DNA of 32,000 bases from Labilithrix sp. GTDB taxonomy: Bacteria > Myxococcota_A > Polyangia > Polyangiales > Polyangiaceae. This document shows, one piece after another, positions 1 through 9,477 of this stretch. Numbering within the stretch: position 1 is the first letter of the stretch; each line of letters opens with the position of its first letter. The DNA is taken from the NCBI GenBank assembly GCA_044227045.1, contig JBGAFW010000042.1:1-32000 (forward strand), in the 5' to 3' direction. The position numbers were made by a program, and so were the translations under genes. The notes below the pieces were generated by a model. That model did not search any database and was not told where the DNA came from. It saw only the letters and a list, made by a program, of their open reading frames with translations.

Positions 1-12
1 GGCTTTCACACG

Positions 13-1686
13 ATGCTCCTGTTCGTGTTGCCGTGGCTCACCGGAGCGCTCGTGGGCGTCGTGTTCGACGTGCAGGAGGTGTCGGAGACCTCGGGGCAGT
101 TCGCGAGCTTCTTCGCGATCGTCGTCGTCCCACTCCTGATCCTGCAGCTGGTCGCGATCACGGTGAAGGTGAGCCGTGACATTCGCGTCGAGCGGGCGGA
201 GGGGCGTCGTGGATTCGGCGTGCTCGTCGCCGCGATCGACCGGCACGTGCGCATCCTCACGAACCGCGGCATCGGGATGGCGGTCGTCTCGATGATTATG
301 GTCGCGCTCGCGCTGAGCGCGAAGTGGGGCCAGTTCGGCGTCCTCGCGATCGCCGGGCTCGCGATCATGTACATCGCGTCGACCTCTGCGACGATCGTGA
401 GCGCGTTCTCGGTGCGCGCCTTCGACGATCGCGTCCGGCGAGGGCGCGGGGCGATCGATCGCGAGATGTCGCCCACCGTCGTGGACGCAGGGGACGCCGT
501 CGAGGAGCGCTTCTTCCTCGCGCGCGTCCCGGTCCCGCCGGGCTTTCGTCTCCACATCGAAGAGGAGCTCCCGTTTCGGCTCGGCGGCGACACGAGGTTT
601 GCGCTCGATCGCAGCGTGTCGCGCGCCGAGGTGACGGTGAGCGCTCCGCTGCCGCGCACGCCACGTGGCCTCTACAAGCTCGGGCCGGCCGACATCTGGT
701 ACGAGGACATCCTCGGGCTCACCCGCGTGTACGTCGCCGCGCGCGCGACCACGTCGCTTCGCGCCTTGCCTCGCCTGCGGCCGGTGGTGTTCGAGCGACG
801 GCCGCGATCGAGCGCCAAGTCGGAGGGACCGCTCAGCGTCCTCTCTCGCATCGCGACCGAAGAGCACTTTCGCACGCGGCAATACGTGCCGGGGGACGAC
901 CTGCGACGCGTCCATTGGAAGCAGTCGATCAACACGGGCAACTTGATGGTGCGCGTGCCGGAGTCGATCCCGTATGCGCCGACGCGCGTGCGCCTCGTGC
1001 TCGATACGTTTCTCCCGCCGGGCTGGCGCATGGCCGCGAACGCGGGAGGACGCGCGCTGAAGAAGGGCGAACGCGCGGTCGCGCGCGCGCCCGACGCGAT
1101 GGACGACGTGCTCGATCTCCTGGTCGAAGGATGGATCGGCCTCGCGCACATGCTCCTCAAGCGCGGAGAGAAGGTCACGCTCGTCGCGCCGGTGCGTGAT
1201 CCGGACACGCTCCAGACAGTGATCCGCGAGATCGAATGCAAGCGCGGCGAAGAGCGCAAGTGGCGCGCGATAGGCTCGGACGCGGTGTGGCAGCACGACG
1301 TCACGCCCGACTCGCTCCAGACGCAGATGGATCCGAAGAACCCGAAGGCGAGCGCGATCTTCGTCTCGGCCGGCCTCTTCTTCCAGTCACGCCCCGTCCC
1401 CGGCACGAGCTTCGTCATCGCCGACGGCGCCTCGGCGGTCCCCGACGAGCCGGCCGACGATCTCGGCATGCTCCGGAGATTCTTCATCTCGGATTATCCC
1501 GTCGGCGCCGACGACAACAAGCTCGACATCAAGAAGCTCTTCGCGCCGAAGCCGCCGAAGGCAGAGAAGGTCCGCGCCGAGCTCGCCCGCGCGACCGCCG
1601 CGGCGATCGAGCACGCCCGATCGAACAGCGCGCCCGTCGTCATCGCGCGCCGCCGCGGCTTGAACATCTCGCTCGAGGCTCCGTAG
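13..1686 (+). CDS. DUF58 domain-containing membrane-associated protein (5' end may be truncated by the window edge)
   Basis: 557-aa ORF with N-terminal hydrophobic helices and the DUF58-type motif 'RQYVPGDDLRRVHWKQSINTGNLMVR'. The reading frame is open back to base 1, so the real start may lie upstream. Confidence 0.85.
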   Translation: MLLFVLPWLTGALVGVVFDVQEVSETSGQFASFFAIVVVPLLILQLVAITVKVSRDIRVERAEGRRGFGVLVAAIDRHVRILTNRGIGMAVVSMIMVALALSAKWGQFGVLAIAGLAIMYIASTSATIVSAFSVRAFDDRVRRGRGAIDREMSPTVVDAGDAVEERFFLARVPVPPGFRLHIEEELPFRLGGDTRFALDRSVSRAEVTVSAPLPRTPRGLYKLGPADIWYEDILGLTRVYVAARATTSLRALPRLRPVVFERRPRSSAKSEGPLSVLSRIATEEHFRTRQYVPGDDLRRVHWKQSINTGNLMVRVPESIPYAPTRVRLVLDTFLPPGWRMAANAGGRALKKGERAVARAPDAMDDVLDLLVEGWIGLAHMLLKRGEKVTLVAPVRDPDTLQTVIREIECKRGEERKWRAIGSDAVWQHDVTPDSLQTQMDPKNPKASAIFVSAGLFFQSRPVPGTSFVIADGASAVPDEPADDLGMLRRFFISDYPVGADDNKLDIKKLFAPKPPKAEKVRAELARATAAAIEHARSNSAPVVIARRRGLNISLEAP

Positions 1687-1688
1687 TC

Positions 1689-2972
1689 ATGGGGGCGAGC
1701 CGCACACGCGTCCCGCGCTGGACGCCGCCGTTCGTCGACGCCGTTCGCCTCGCCTGGCGTCCGATCGTCGCTTACAACGTCTTCGTCGCGCTCGGGTCGC
1801 TCGTCATGCTGCTCACCGCGGCGTGGTATGCGCATCGCAACGACAAGGACGTCATCATCATTTTTCTCGGCCTCGCCGCGGGCGTGATCGGCGTGCTCCT
1901 CGGTCAAGCGATCGCGCTGCTTCGTTTCCGCGCGCTGCCGGTGTTCATGGTCACGGCGTTCTGCGGAGTGATCGCGATCTGGATGCTCAGCCAGTCGCAT
2001 GCGCCCGGCGGCGAATACGTCGCGATCCCGATCCTGTTCTTCATCTTCGCGTTTCCGTGCGGCCTCCTCTCGCTCATGCATCGCTACGAGCTGATCGCGT
2101 CGTTCTGGCCGGCGGTCGGATGGATCGGTGGCGTGTTCATCATCCTCAACGAAGAGGGCCGCGTTCACACGTGGGAAGAGAGCAAGATCAAGGCGTGGCT
2201 GCCGGTCCCGCTCGCGTACCTCGCGGGGTTTCTCTTGTGCTGGCTCATCTACCTCGCCGCCAAGCAGGCGACGCGCGTCGAGATGTGGCAAGCGCTCTCG
2301 GGGGCGATGGCTCGCCGCGTGTCACGGAAGAAAGAGACGCGCGTGAGCGCGCTGCCGCGGCGAAACATCCTGCCGCTCCTCGTCCTCACGCTGCTCCTCT
2401 TCGGAGGCGTCGCCGTCCTCGCCCCGTATCTCTGGCGCACCGGGAAGGGCGATCACGAGGCGCACGAGCCGCACGAAGGCAAAGAGCAGAGACCGCTGCC
2501 CGAGCCGCCGCCGATCGACGGCGAGGGCATCATGCGCCAGATGCAGAAGCTCGCGGACGCCGCCAAAGAGACGCTGCCGAAGCTCTGGCCGCTGCTCTTC
2601 TTGCTCGTCCTCTATCGCCCGGCCAAGCGCGCGCTGCTCCTCACGCACCTGAAGGCCCCGATCACGCCCACGCCGCCCTCCGAGCGCATCGACAACCTGT
2701 GGGAGTACGTCCGGATCGCGGCCGAAGACGTCGGGATCGTCCCGACAGCCTCCGACTCGGTCGAGGGTCTCTTGAAGCGCGTGCCGCCGAAGCTCCAATC
2801 GCCGGCGCTCGTGCAGGCCGCCGAAATCTACATCCGCACGCGCTACGGCTTCACGGTGAAGAAGGGCGACGCGATGCTCATGCGCCTCCACGCGACGCAG
2901 GCCGCGAAGGATCTCCGGCGCGATCAGGGCGGCTGGAACGCCTTCACGAACTGGTGGCGCGGCCTCTCGTAG
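1689..2972 (+). CDS. Multi-pass membrane protein with a DUF4129-like C-terminal region; probable operon partner of the DUF58 gene
   Basis: ATG at 1689, two bases after the upstream stop. Multiple TM segments; C-terminal 'AAEIYIRTRYGFTVKKGDAMLMRLHATQAAKDLRRD'. The gene pairing resembles DUF58/transglutaminase operons. Confidence 0.75.
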   Translation: MGASRTRVPRWTPPFVDAVRLAWRPIVAYNVFVALGSLVMLLTAAWYAHRNDKDVIIIFLGLAAGVIGVLLGQAIALLRFRALPVFMVTAFCGVIAIWMLSQSHAPGGEYVAIPILFFIFAFPCGLLSLMHRYELIASFWPAVGWIGGVFIILNEEGRVHTWEESKIKAWLPVPLAYLAGFLLCWLIYLAAKQATRVEMWQALSGAMARRVSRKKETRVSALPRRNILPLLVLTLLLFGGVAVLAPYLWRTGKGDHEAHEPHEGKEQRPLPEPPPIDGEGIMRQMQKLADAAKETLPKLWPLLFLLVLYRPAKRALLLTHLKAPITPTPPSERIDNLWEYVRIAAEDVGIVPTASDSVEGLLKRVPPKLQSPALVQAAEIYIRTRYGFTVKKGDAMLMRLHATQAAKDLRRDQGGWNAFTNWWRGLS

Positions 2973-3918
2973 GAGGACGCCGGCCCTCGAGGAGCTCTCG
3001 CTCCTTGGCGAGGCCGAGCGCGAGCGCGTCGGTGATCGCGCGCACGCGGGCGGTGCGGCGTAGATCTTCGTGCGTGAGGATCCAGAGCTCGGTCGCGAGC
3101 TCGTCGATCGTGCCCGCGCGGACGCGCTGGAGCGCCGGCATCGTGTCGCCCACGTAACACGGCAGCGCCGCGACGCCCGCACCAGACGCCGCGCCATGCG
3201 CGAGCGCCATCACGCTGTCGAAGCGCATCGCGATCGTCACGTCGGATGGGAGCGCCCGCGCCATCCACTTCGCGATCGTCGTCTGCGCGAGGCTCTCGTC
3301 GAGGCCGAGCCACACGTGCTTGGCGAAGTCGACCCGCGCCGGGACGCGATCGAAGTACCGCGGGGTCGCGTAGATCGCCATCGCGAGCTCGGCGACGCGC
3401 CGGCCCACATAGCTGGGTGCCGCGCTCTTCGACGGACGCACAGCGACCTCGGCGTCGCGACGCGCGAGGCTCAGCATCGTGTTCGTCGTCGTCATGTCGA
3501 TGCGCACGCCGCTGTGCTCCGCGCGGAACGCCTGGATGATCTTGGGCAGCACGGTCAGCGCGAGCGTGTCGGTCGTGGTGAGCCGGATCGTCCCCTCGAG
3601 CCGCAGATCTTCGCCCGCGATGCGTCGCTCCGCGTCGACGAAGAGCTCCTGCATCTGCCTTGCGCTGGCGACGAGCTTCTCTCCGGCGGGTGAGAGGACA
3701 TGGCCGGTCGTGCGACGCTCGAACAGCTGCGTGCCGAGCTGCTCCTCGACCGCGCGGATACGCCGGAGCACCGTCGTGTGGTTCACGCCGAGGAGACGTG
3801 CGGCGGTGACGAGCGAGCCCTTCTCCGCCAGCGCCAGGACGAAGGGAAGCGCGCCCCAATCGACGCCGGATCGTTCGGGCGCGGGCGTTCTCGAGTTGGC
3901 GCGGGCGTTCTTGTGCAT
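2944..3918 (-). CDS. LysR family transcriptional regulator
   Basis: N-terminal HTH 'ALPFVLALAEKGSLVTAARLLGVNHTTVLRRIRAVEEQLGTQLFERR' followed by a LysR substrate-binding domain. The ORF extends to 3969 (GTG), but the ATG at 3918 looks more plausible. The 3' end overlaps the neighbour by about 29 bp. Confidence 0.88.
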   Translation of the reverse strand: MHKNARANSRTPAPERSGVDWGALPFVLALAEKGSLVTAARLLGVNHTTVLRRIRAVEEQLGTQLFERRTTGHVLSPAGEKLVASARQMQELFVDAERRIAGEDLRLEGTIRLTTTDTLALTVLPKIIQAFRAEHSGVRIDMTTTNTMLSLARRDAEVAVRPSKSAAPSYVGRRVAELAMAIYATPRYFDRVPARVDFAKHVWLGLDESLAQTTIAKWMARALPSDVTIAMRFDSVMALAHGAASGAGVAALPCYVGDTMPALQRVRAGTIDELATELWILTHEDLRRTARVRAITDALALGLAKERELLEGRRPPTRGRATSS

Positions 3919-3971
3919 ATCTGCACACGTATTATGCGTCTCTGCATATTCCGTTGCAACGGAGCACACCT

Positions 3972-4502
3972 ATGCTCGAAGGCATCCCAAACGTCTTCTT
4001 GCACCACGGAGCTGACATCATGGCCGCCTCAACCACTGTCCCGGAGACCTCAACTTCCCCCTCTTCGTTGCCGGCGCTCGCCGGCGATCGCCTCGCCAGC
4101 CTCTCGGCATTCGGGCCCACGATCAGCCGCGTGGGGCTCGGCATCGTCTTCCTCGCGCACGCCTACGCGAAGGCGGCGCTGTTCACGTTCGCGGGGACGG
4201 AGGCCTTCTTCACCGCGCACGGGTTTCCGGGCTGGACGGTGTACCCGGTGTTCGCCGGTGAGGTGACGGGCGGCCTCGCGCTCATCGCAGGTTTTCGTGT
4301 CCGCGCGGCGTCGATCGCGCTCATCCCGATCATGCTTGGGGCGATCGTGCCGCACGTGAAGAACGGGTTCTGGTTCACGTCGCCGAACGGCGGCTGGGAG
4401 TATCCGGCGTTCCTCGTGCTTGCGCTTTTCGCGCAAGCGCTGGCCGGCGCGGGCGCGCTCTCGGCCTCGTCTCTCTGGGGCAACACGGCAACGAACAGGT
4501 AA
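3972..4502 (+). CDS. DoxX-like family membrane protein
   Basis: ATG at 3972 preceded by GGAG with 7-nt spacing. Sequence 'ISRVGLGIVFLAHAYAKAALFTFAGTEAFFTAHGFPGWTVYPVFAGEVTGGLALIAGFRVR' is typical of DoxX. Divergent from the LysR gene. Confidence 0.82.
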   Translation: MLEGIPNVFLHHGADIMAASTTVPETSTSPSSLPALAGDRLASLSAFGPTISRVGLGIVFLAHAYAKAALFTFAGTEAFFTAHGFPGWTVYPVFAGEVTGGLALIAGFRVRAASIALIPIMLGAIVPHVKNGFWFTSPNGGWEYPAFLVLALFAQALAGAGALSASSLWGNTATNR

Positions 4503-4743
4503 CGACCGAGTCGCGCGAGCGCGGCGGAAGGCCTAGCATTCCGGCCATCAGCATGAAGTCGTCGCTCCGCGGTTTGCTGCTTACCGGTCCGGTCGGTCTT
4601 GCCATCTTGACTTCCGCTTCGAGAGCGGCACCGACGGTCACGCCGATCCGTTTGGAGCCAAGGCCGCAGGTCAGGCTCGCGCCGGCCGGATCAAGGACGC
4701 GGCGCAGATCATCCAGGGGCCGCTCGCGCGACACAAAGCACGC

Positions 4744-7056
4744 GTGGGCGACTTCATCCTCGCCAACGATCGCATCGCGCTCTACATCGAGCAAGAAGGC
4801 CGCGCGAACGGCTACAACCCCTTCGGCGGAGAGATCCTCGCGATCGAGAACGTCGGCGACGACGGTAAGCCGAAGGGCGTCTCGCTCTACAACGAGACGC
4901 TCATCGCGCTCTCTCGCCAGGCGGTGAAGCCCGACAAAGTGACCGTCCTCAACGATGGCTCCGATGGCAAGGCCGCCGTCATCCGCGCGTCGGGCGTGTT
5001 CACGAACATCCCGTTCATGGACACGTTCCGCGCCGTCTCGGCCGACGAGTACGATTTTCCCGGTGCGATCGACTACGTGCTCGAGCCGCACGCAGAGAAG
5101 GTGCTCATCCGCCTCTCGTTCGCGAACACGCGCGACGAGCCGGTCGACTTCACGAACCGGCAGAACATCGGCTTCTTCCAGTCGAGCAAGAGCAAGATCT
5201 TCACAGCGGCGAGCGGCTTCGCCAACCCGAAAGGCCCGACGCCTTGGGTGGCCTTCGACAGCGGCGAGTCTGGGTTTCTCTTTCGCGCGGTCGGCCAGGA
5301 CATGAACGCCGATCTCGAGGTGAGCGGCTTCCGTCTCTTCACGTTGAAAGGCCTCGGCGCGAACGCATGCGAGAAGAAGACGGTCGACTACCTCGAGCTC
5401 TCGACCGGAGCGCCAGGCATCGACGGCCTGCTCGAAGCGGAGCGGCGCGTGTACGCCGAGCCCGCATGGCGCGAGGTGAAAGGCACCTTGACCGAAGAGG
5501 GCGGCGGTCCGCTCGCCGGCGCGTGGATTCATGCGCTCTCGCCCGACGGCAAGTACCTCACGCGCACGCAAACGAACGCGAATGGGGAGCTCGTCCTTCA
5601 CGTCCCGAATGGGCCGGTGAGCTACGTCGCGTCGCTTCAAGGCTGGGCGCTCCCCGCCGCGACGCCGCCGAGCGACGCGGCCACGGTGACGCTCACGCTT
5701 CCACCACGCGCCACGATCGAAGTGAAGGCGACCGACGCGACGACGAGCGAGCCTCTCCCGGTTCGCGTGCAAGTCCTCCCGACGGCGGCGCCCGTGCCTG
5801 CGCCCGACGCGTATGGCCTCCACGAAGAGATCAACGGTCGGCTCTGGCAAGACTTCGCGATCACCGGCACGACGAAGCTCCCCGTCCCGCCGGGCGCGCA
5901 CCGCGTGATCGTGTCACGCGGCTACGAGTACGAGATCGTCGACACGCCGGTCACCGCCGAAGCGGGCAAGACCGTGACGGTCGAGGCGAAGCTCAAACAT
6001 ACCGTCGACACGACCGGCGTGATGTGCGCGGACTTCCACGTGCACTCGTTCTTCTCCGCCGACTCGTCCGATCCAGTCGAGGCGAAGGTGAAGGCCGCGG
6101 TCGCCGACGGCCTCGACATCCCCGTCTCGAGCGAGCACGAGTGGGTCGTCGACTTTCAACCCATCGTGCAGAAGCTCGGGCTGACGAAGTGGGCGTTCGG
6201 GATGCCGAGCGAGGAGCTCACCACCTTCACGTGGGGACACTTCGGCGTCGTTCCTCTTTATCCGAAGCCCGATCAAGCGAACAACGGCGCGGTCGACTGG
6301 GTCGGCAAGAAGCCGCCGGCGTTCTTCCATCAAGTGGCCGAGCTGCCCGAGAAGCCGGTCTTCATCGTCAACCATCCGAGCGGCACGGGCTTCTCGTCGT
6401 ACTTCACCGCGTCGGGCCTCGATCGCGCGAAGGCGTCGGGCGATCCGGAGCTCTGGACCGACGAGTTCGGCGCGGTCGAGGTCTTCAACGACAGCGACCT
6501 CGACGACAACCGAGACAAGTCCGTCGCCGACTACTTCGCGCTCCTCAACGCGGGCAAGACCATCTGGCTCGTCGGCAACTCGGACAGCCACGATCAACGC
6601 GGCACGTTCGTCGGCTATCCGCGCAACTGCATTCGCTTCGGCCACGACGATCCGGCGAAGCTCACCCCCGAGGCCGTCCGCGACGCCCTTCGCTCGGGCG
6701 CGTCGACCGTGAGCGGCGGCCTCTACATCACCGTCGAAGCACCAGGCGGCGTCGGCCCTGGCGGCACGGCATCGGCCGGCGCCTACAAGGTCGTCGTTCA
6801 GTCACCGAGCTGGTTCAGCGCGAAGTCGCTCGAGGTCATCATCGACGGCGCGACGACGGAGACGCAGCCGCTCACGCCCGTCGCGACGCCAGGACCGAAC
6901 GATCCCGGCAAGCGCTACGAGGCGACCATCAACGTGGCGCCCACGCAGAGCAAGCCTCGCCACTGGGTCGTCTTCCACGCGAAGGGAGATGGCGATCTCT
7001 CCCCGCTCCATCCGAAGCGAAAGCCCTTCGCGGTCTCGAACCCGATCTTCTTCTGA
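4744..7056 (+). CDS. CehA/McbA family metallohydrolase (PHP-type) with carboxypeptidase-regulatory-like region; 5' end apparently frameshifted
   Basis: 'CADFHVHSFFSADSSDPVEAKVKAAVADGLDIPVSSEHEWVVDF' (HxH PHP motif) and 'NSDSHD'. The GTG at 4744 is the only start in frame, but coding-like sequence continues upstream (see findings). Confidence 0.85.
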   Translation: MGDFILANDRIALYIEQEGRANGYNPFGGEILAIENVGDDGKPKGVSLYNETLIALSRQAVKPDKVTVLNDGSDGKAAVIRASGVFTNIPFMDTFRAVSADEYDFPGAIDYVLEPHAEKVLIRLSFANTRDEPVDFTNRQNIGFFQSSKSKIFTAASGFANPKGPTPWVAFDSGESGFLFRAVGQDMNADLEVSGFRLFTLKGLGANACEKKTVDYLELSTGAPGIDGLLEAERRVYAEPAWREVKGTLTEEGGGPLAGAWIHALSPDGKYLTRTQTNANGELVLHVPNGPVSYVASLQGWALPAATPPSDAATVTLTLPPRATIEVKATDATTSEPLPVRVQVLPTAAPVPAPDAYGLHEEINGRLWQDFAITGTTKLPVPPGAHRVIVSRGYEYEIVDTPVTAEAGKTVTVEAKLKHTVDTTGVMCADFHVHSFFSADSSDPVEAKVKAAVADGLDIPVSSEHEWVVDFQPIVQKLGLTKWAFGMPSEELTTFTWGHFGVVPLYPKPDQANNGAVDWVGKKPPAFFHQVAELPEKPVFIVNHPSGTGFSSYFTASGLDRAKASGDPELWTDEFGAVEVFNDSDLDDNRDKSVADYFALLNAGKTIWLVGNSDSHDQRGTFVGYPRNCIRFGHDDPAKLTPEAVRDALRSGASTVSGGLYITVEAPGGVGPGGTASAGAYKVVVQSPSWFSAKSLEVIIDGATTETQPLTPVATPGPNDPGKRYEATINVAPTQSKPRHWVVFHAKGDGDLSPLHPKRKPFAVSNPIFF

Positions 7057-7100
7057 CCGATCTTCTTCTGACCGATCTTCTTCTGACCGATCTTCTTGTA
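7042..7100. repeat. 15-bp tandem repeat CCGATCTTCTTCTGA x3 plus a degenerate fourth copy
   Basis: Copies at 7042-7056, 7057-7071 and 7072-7086, then 7087-7100 (CCGATCTTCTTGTA). Confidence 0.97.
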
Positions 7101-7116
7101 CCGCCGGCGACGCTTC

Positions 7117-7914
7117 TCATGGCGTCAGCTGCATCGAGAAGCTCTTCAGGCGGTAGCCCTCCATGCCGCCGCCTTTGAACGTCTGCTTCGCAGGGCCGAG
7201 CGCCTCGAACGGAGTCGCGCTCGAGGTGAGGCGCGTCTGCACCGCGAGATCGCATCCGCTAGCGCCGCTCTTCAGCTTGAGCTTCGACGAGTCGAAGCTG
7301 AGTGGGTAGCTCTGCTCGCATTTGCCCGGCGCGGTGGTGGGCGAGCAGAGGTCGATCTGTTGCGACTCGCCTTCGATGCAGGAGCCTCCGACCTCGGCCT
7401 TCGCTTGGAGCGACGGGCCGAAGAAGCCTGGCCACTTCGAGAGATCGGGCGCCGGGTCGACATCGACCGCGACGCTCTGCCCAAGCTTCACGCTCGCAGG
7501 CGGCGACTTGATGACGAAGGCCTTGTAGAGCTTCATCGTCGTCTTCACGCGTTCGAGGTTGCGGACGAACGTGATCGCGACGTCGGTGTCGCCAGCGGGC
7601 GCCGGGGTGATCTCCGCGATGTAGTGCACCTTGCCGTCGAGATCGACGCGCTCGACGCTCGGCACGCGGGCGCCGTTGACGTCGATCTCGAACGCGTCGC
7701 CGCCGCGCAGCCGGACGAAGCCCTTCGTGCCGAGAAGCGCGGTGTAGATGCGGAGCGACCCTTCGTCCGCGAACGCGCCGTACGAGGCGTTCATCTCGCC
7801 GAGCGCATACGAGTCGGAGTACTCCTCCGAGGAGCTGCTCGTCGTCGACGTACACCCGACGCCGGCGAACGCGAGCGCGATCGAAAAGACCATCCAAGAG
7901 CGTGCAAGCTGCAT
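7117..7914 (-). CDS. Hypothetical lipoprotein
   Basis: 265-aa ORF with lipoprotein signal 'MQLARSWMVFSIALAFAGVGC'. No recognised domain. Confidence 0.75.
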   Translation of the reverse strand: MQLARSWMVFSIALAFAGVGCTSTTSSSSEEYSDSYALGEMNASYGAFADEGSLRIYTALLGTKGFVRLRGGDAFEIDVNGARVPSVERVDLDGKVHYIAEITPAPAGDTDVAITFVRNLERVKTTMKLYKAFVIKSPPASVKLGQSVAVDVDPAPDLSKWPGFFGPSLQAKAEVGGSCIEGESQQIDLCSPTTAPGKCEQSYPLSFDSSKLKLKSGASGCDLAVQTRLTSSATPFEALGPAKQTFKGGGMEGYRLKSFSMQLTP

Positions 7915-8027
7915 GGATGGCCTCGAAGCGATTTTCGTACCACCACGCTCACCTCACGAAAGCCTGGAAATCCAGCCTCTGCGATGGCTGGGCCCTGTTG
8001 CTTCGTGAAGATGGTGTGGTCGCGGCG

Positions 8028-8053
8028 CGACTGGACGTGAGCACGTCCAGTCG
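8028..8053 (-). terminator. Candidate terminator/3' hairpin downstream of the NHL-type gene
   Basis: Perfect 12-bp inverted repeat CGACTGGACGTG-AG-CACGTCCAGTCG, 21 nt past the stop of the minus-strand gene. No U-tract. Confidence 0.5.
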
Positions 8054-8074
8054 TCGCTCGAGTCGCGCAACGCC

Positions 8075-9238
8075 TCAGGGATCGATGCGGATCACGCGCG
8101 CTTGCTTGCGATCGACGAAGTAGATCTTGCCGTCGGGGCCGAAGTTGAGGCCCGCGAGCGAGCCCGCCGGCAGACCGGTGTCGAGCGACTTCACGAGCGT
8201 GCCGTCGGCGATCTTGAACGCGTGGATCTTGCTGGTCTTGGCGTCCGTCACGAAGACGAGGCCGCCCGACGACTCGATGCCGCTCGGCTGCTGGAGCACG
8301 CCGCCGGTCGTGAGCACCTTGAGCGGCGCTTCGTAGAACTTGCGCTCGACGATCGGCTCGTTGCCCTGCATCGGCGCCACCGCCTGACCCTGCGAAGGAT
8401 CGAGGACGAGGATGCGCTTGTTGCCGGTGTCGGCGACGTAGAGCTTCTTCTCGTCGGTGTTCCACGCGACGTGGCTCATCACGCCGTCGACGCCCTTGAC
8501 CTGGTTGTTCCAGAAGCGGCGGATGACGCCGTCGGAGTGGTCGTCGTTGCCGGGGCCGTGATCGACGCGGAAGTCGTAGAAGTCGACCGACTTGTTGAAC
8601 GAGTTGAAGACGAAGTACTGGTTGCCCTGCCCTGCCCACGCGATGCCGCGGCAGTAGGGCGACGAGTGAAGCATGTCGAGATGGCTGCCGAGCCCGGTGA
8701 GCTGGTTCATGCCGCCGAAGATGGTGAGCTCGGCCGAGTACATCGTCGGCCCCATGAAGTAGTTGCCGCCGTTGTCGTTGTCACCGCAGGTCGCCCAGAG
8801 CTGGCCCCACTGCGAGCTCGTCCCCGCCATCGCGATGCCGGGCGGGAGATTCATGAAGTGCTCGTACGCCGGGTCGCGGCGCTCGATGACCTGCGCGCGT
8901 GACGTGCCGATGTTCTTCACGACCGTCATGTGGCTCGTGGCGTAGTTGACGATCCACAGGTCGCGCGGGCTGTGCGGGTTGAACTCGAGGTCGACCGGCT
9001 CCCAGCCCGGCGTGCTCTGGTGAACGACCGTGAGCTGCGGCGCGGTCGTGCCGCTGCCGAGCTCGTAGGCCGCCGGCTTGTTCGTGTAGTTCTTGCGCCC
9101 GTAGGCCTGGCAGGTGACGCCCGGATCCGTGCACCGATCTTCCTCGAAGAGGGGCTCGTCCTCGGGCGCCGACGAACAGGCGAACATCGAGAAGGAGGCC
9201 GAAAGAAGGGCGATGGGGATCAGTGTACGGATCGTCAT
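8075..9238 (-). CDS. Lipoprotein with NHL/beta-propeller-like repeats
   Basis: Start 'MTIRTLIPIALLSASFSMFACSSAPED' (lipobox). Repeated 'VSHVAWNTDEKKLYVADTGNKRILVLDP' and 'LAGLNFGPDGKIYFVDRKQARVIRI' blade-like segments. Confidence 0.8.
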   Translation of the reverse strand: MTIRTLIPIALLSASFSMFACSSAPEDEPLFEEDRCTDPGVTCQAYGRKNYTNKPAAYELGSGTTAPQLTVVHQSTPGWEPVDLEFNPHSPRDLWIVNYATSHMTVVKNIGTSRAQVIERRDPAYEHFMNLPPGIAMAGTSSQWGQLWATCGDNDNGGNYFMGPTMYSAELTIFGGMNQLTGLGSHLDMLHSSPYCRGIAWAGQGNQYFVFNSFNKSVDFYDFRVDHGPGNDDHSDGVIRRFWNNQVKGVDGVMSHVAWNTDEKKLYVADTGNKRILVLDPSQGQAVAPMQGNEPIVERKFYEAPLKVLTTGGVLQQPSGIESSGGLVFVTDAKTSKIHAFKIADGTLVKSLDTGLPAGSLAGLNFGPDGKIYFVDRKQARVIRIDP

Positions 9239-9477
9239 GGGTAGGTCTTCCTCGCTTGCGGGACGACCAGCTACCACATGTCGGCAAACGCGCAACGTGC
9301 CGCGTCATGAATTTAGCCCAACCGGCCCACAATCCAAAATCCCCGCCAAATTCCGATGACGCAATCCGTCCTGAGTTCGTTTTTGTGAGCTCGTTCGCGC
9401 AGAAGTCTGCGCGACTTGCGCAGGGCCGAATTCGTGTCACCTTCAGCGCCCTACATTCTCGCACAGTGGAGCTCTGG

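Noticed and set aside
5244-7178. 644-aa plus-strand ORF overlapping the metallohydrolase in another frame
   Set aside because: Arg-rich composition and no motifs; the alternate frame carries the PHP domain.
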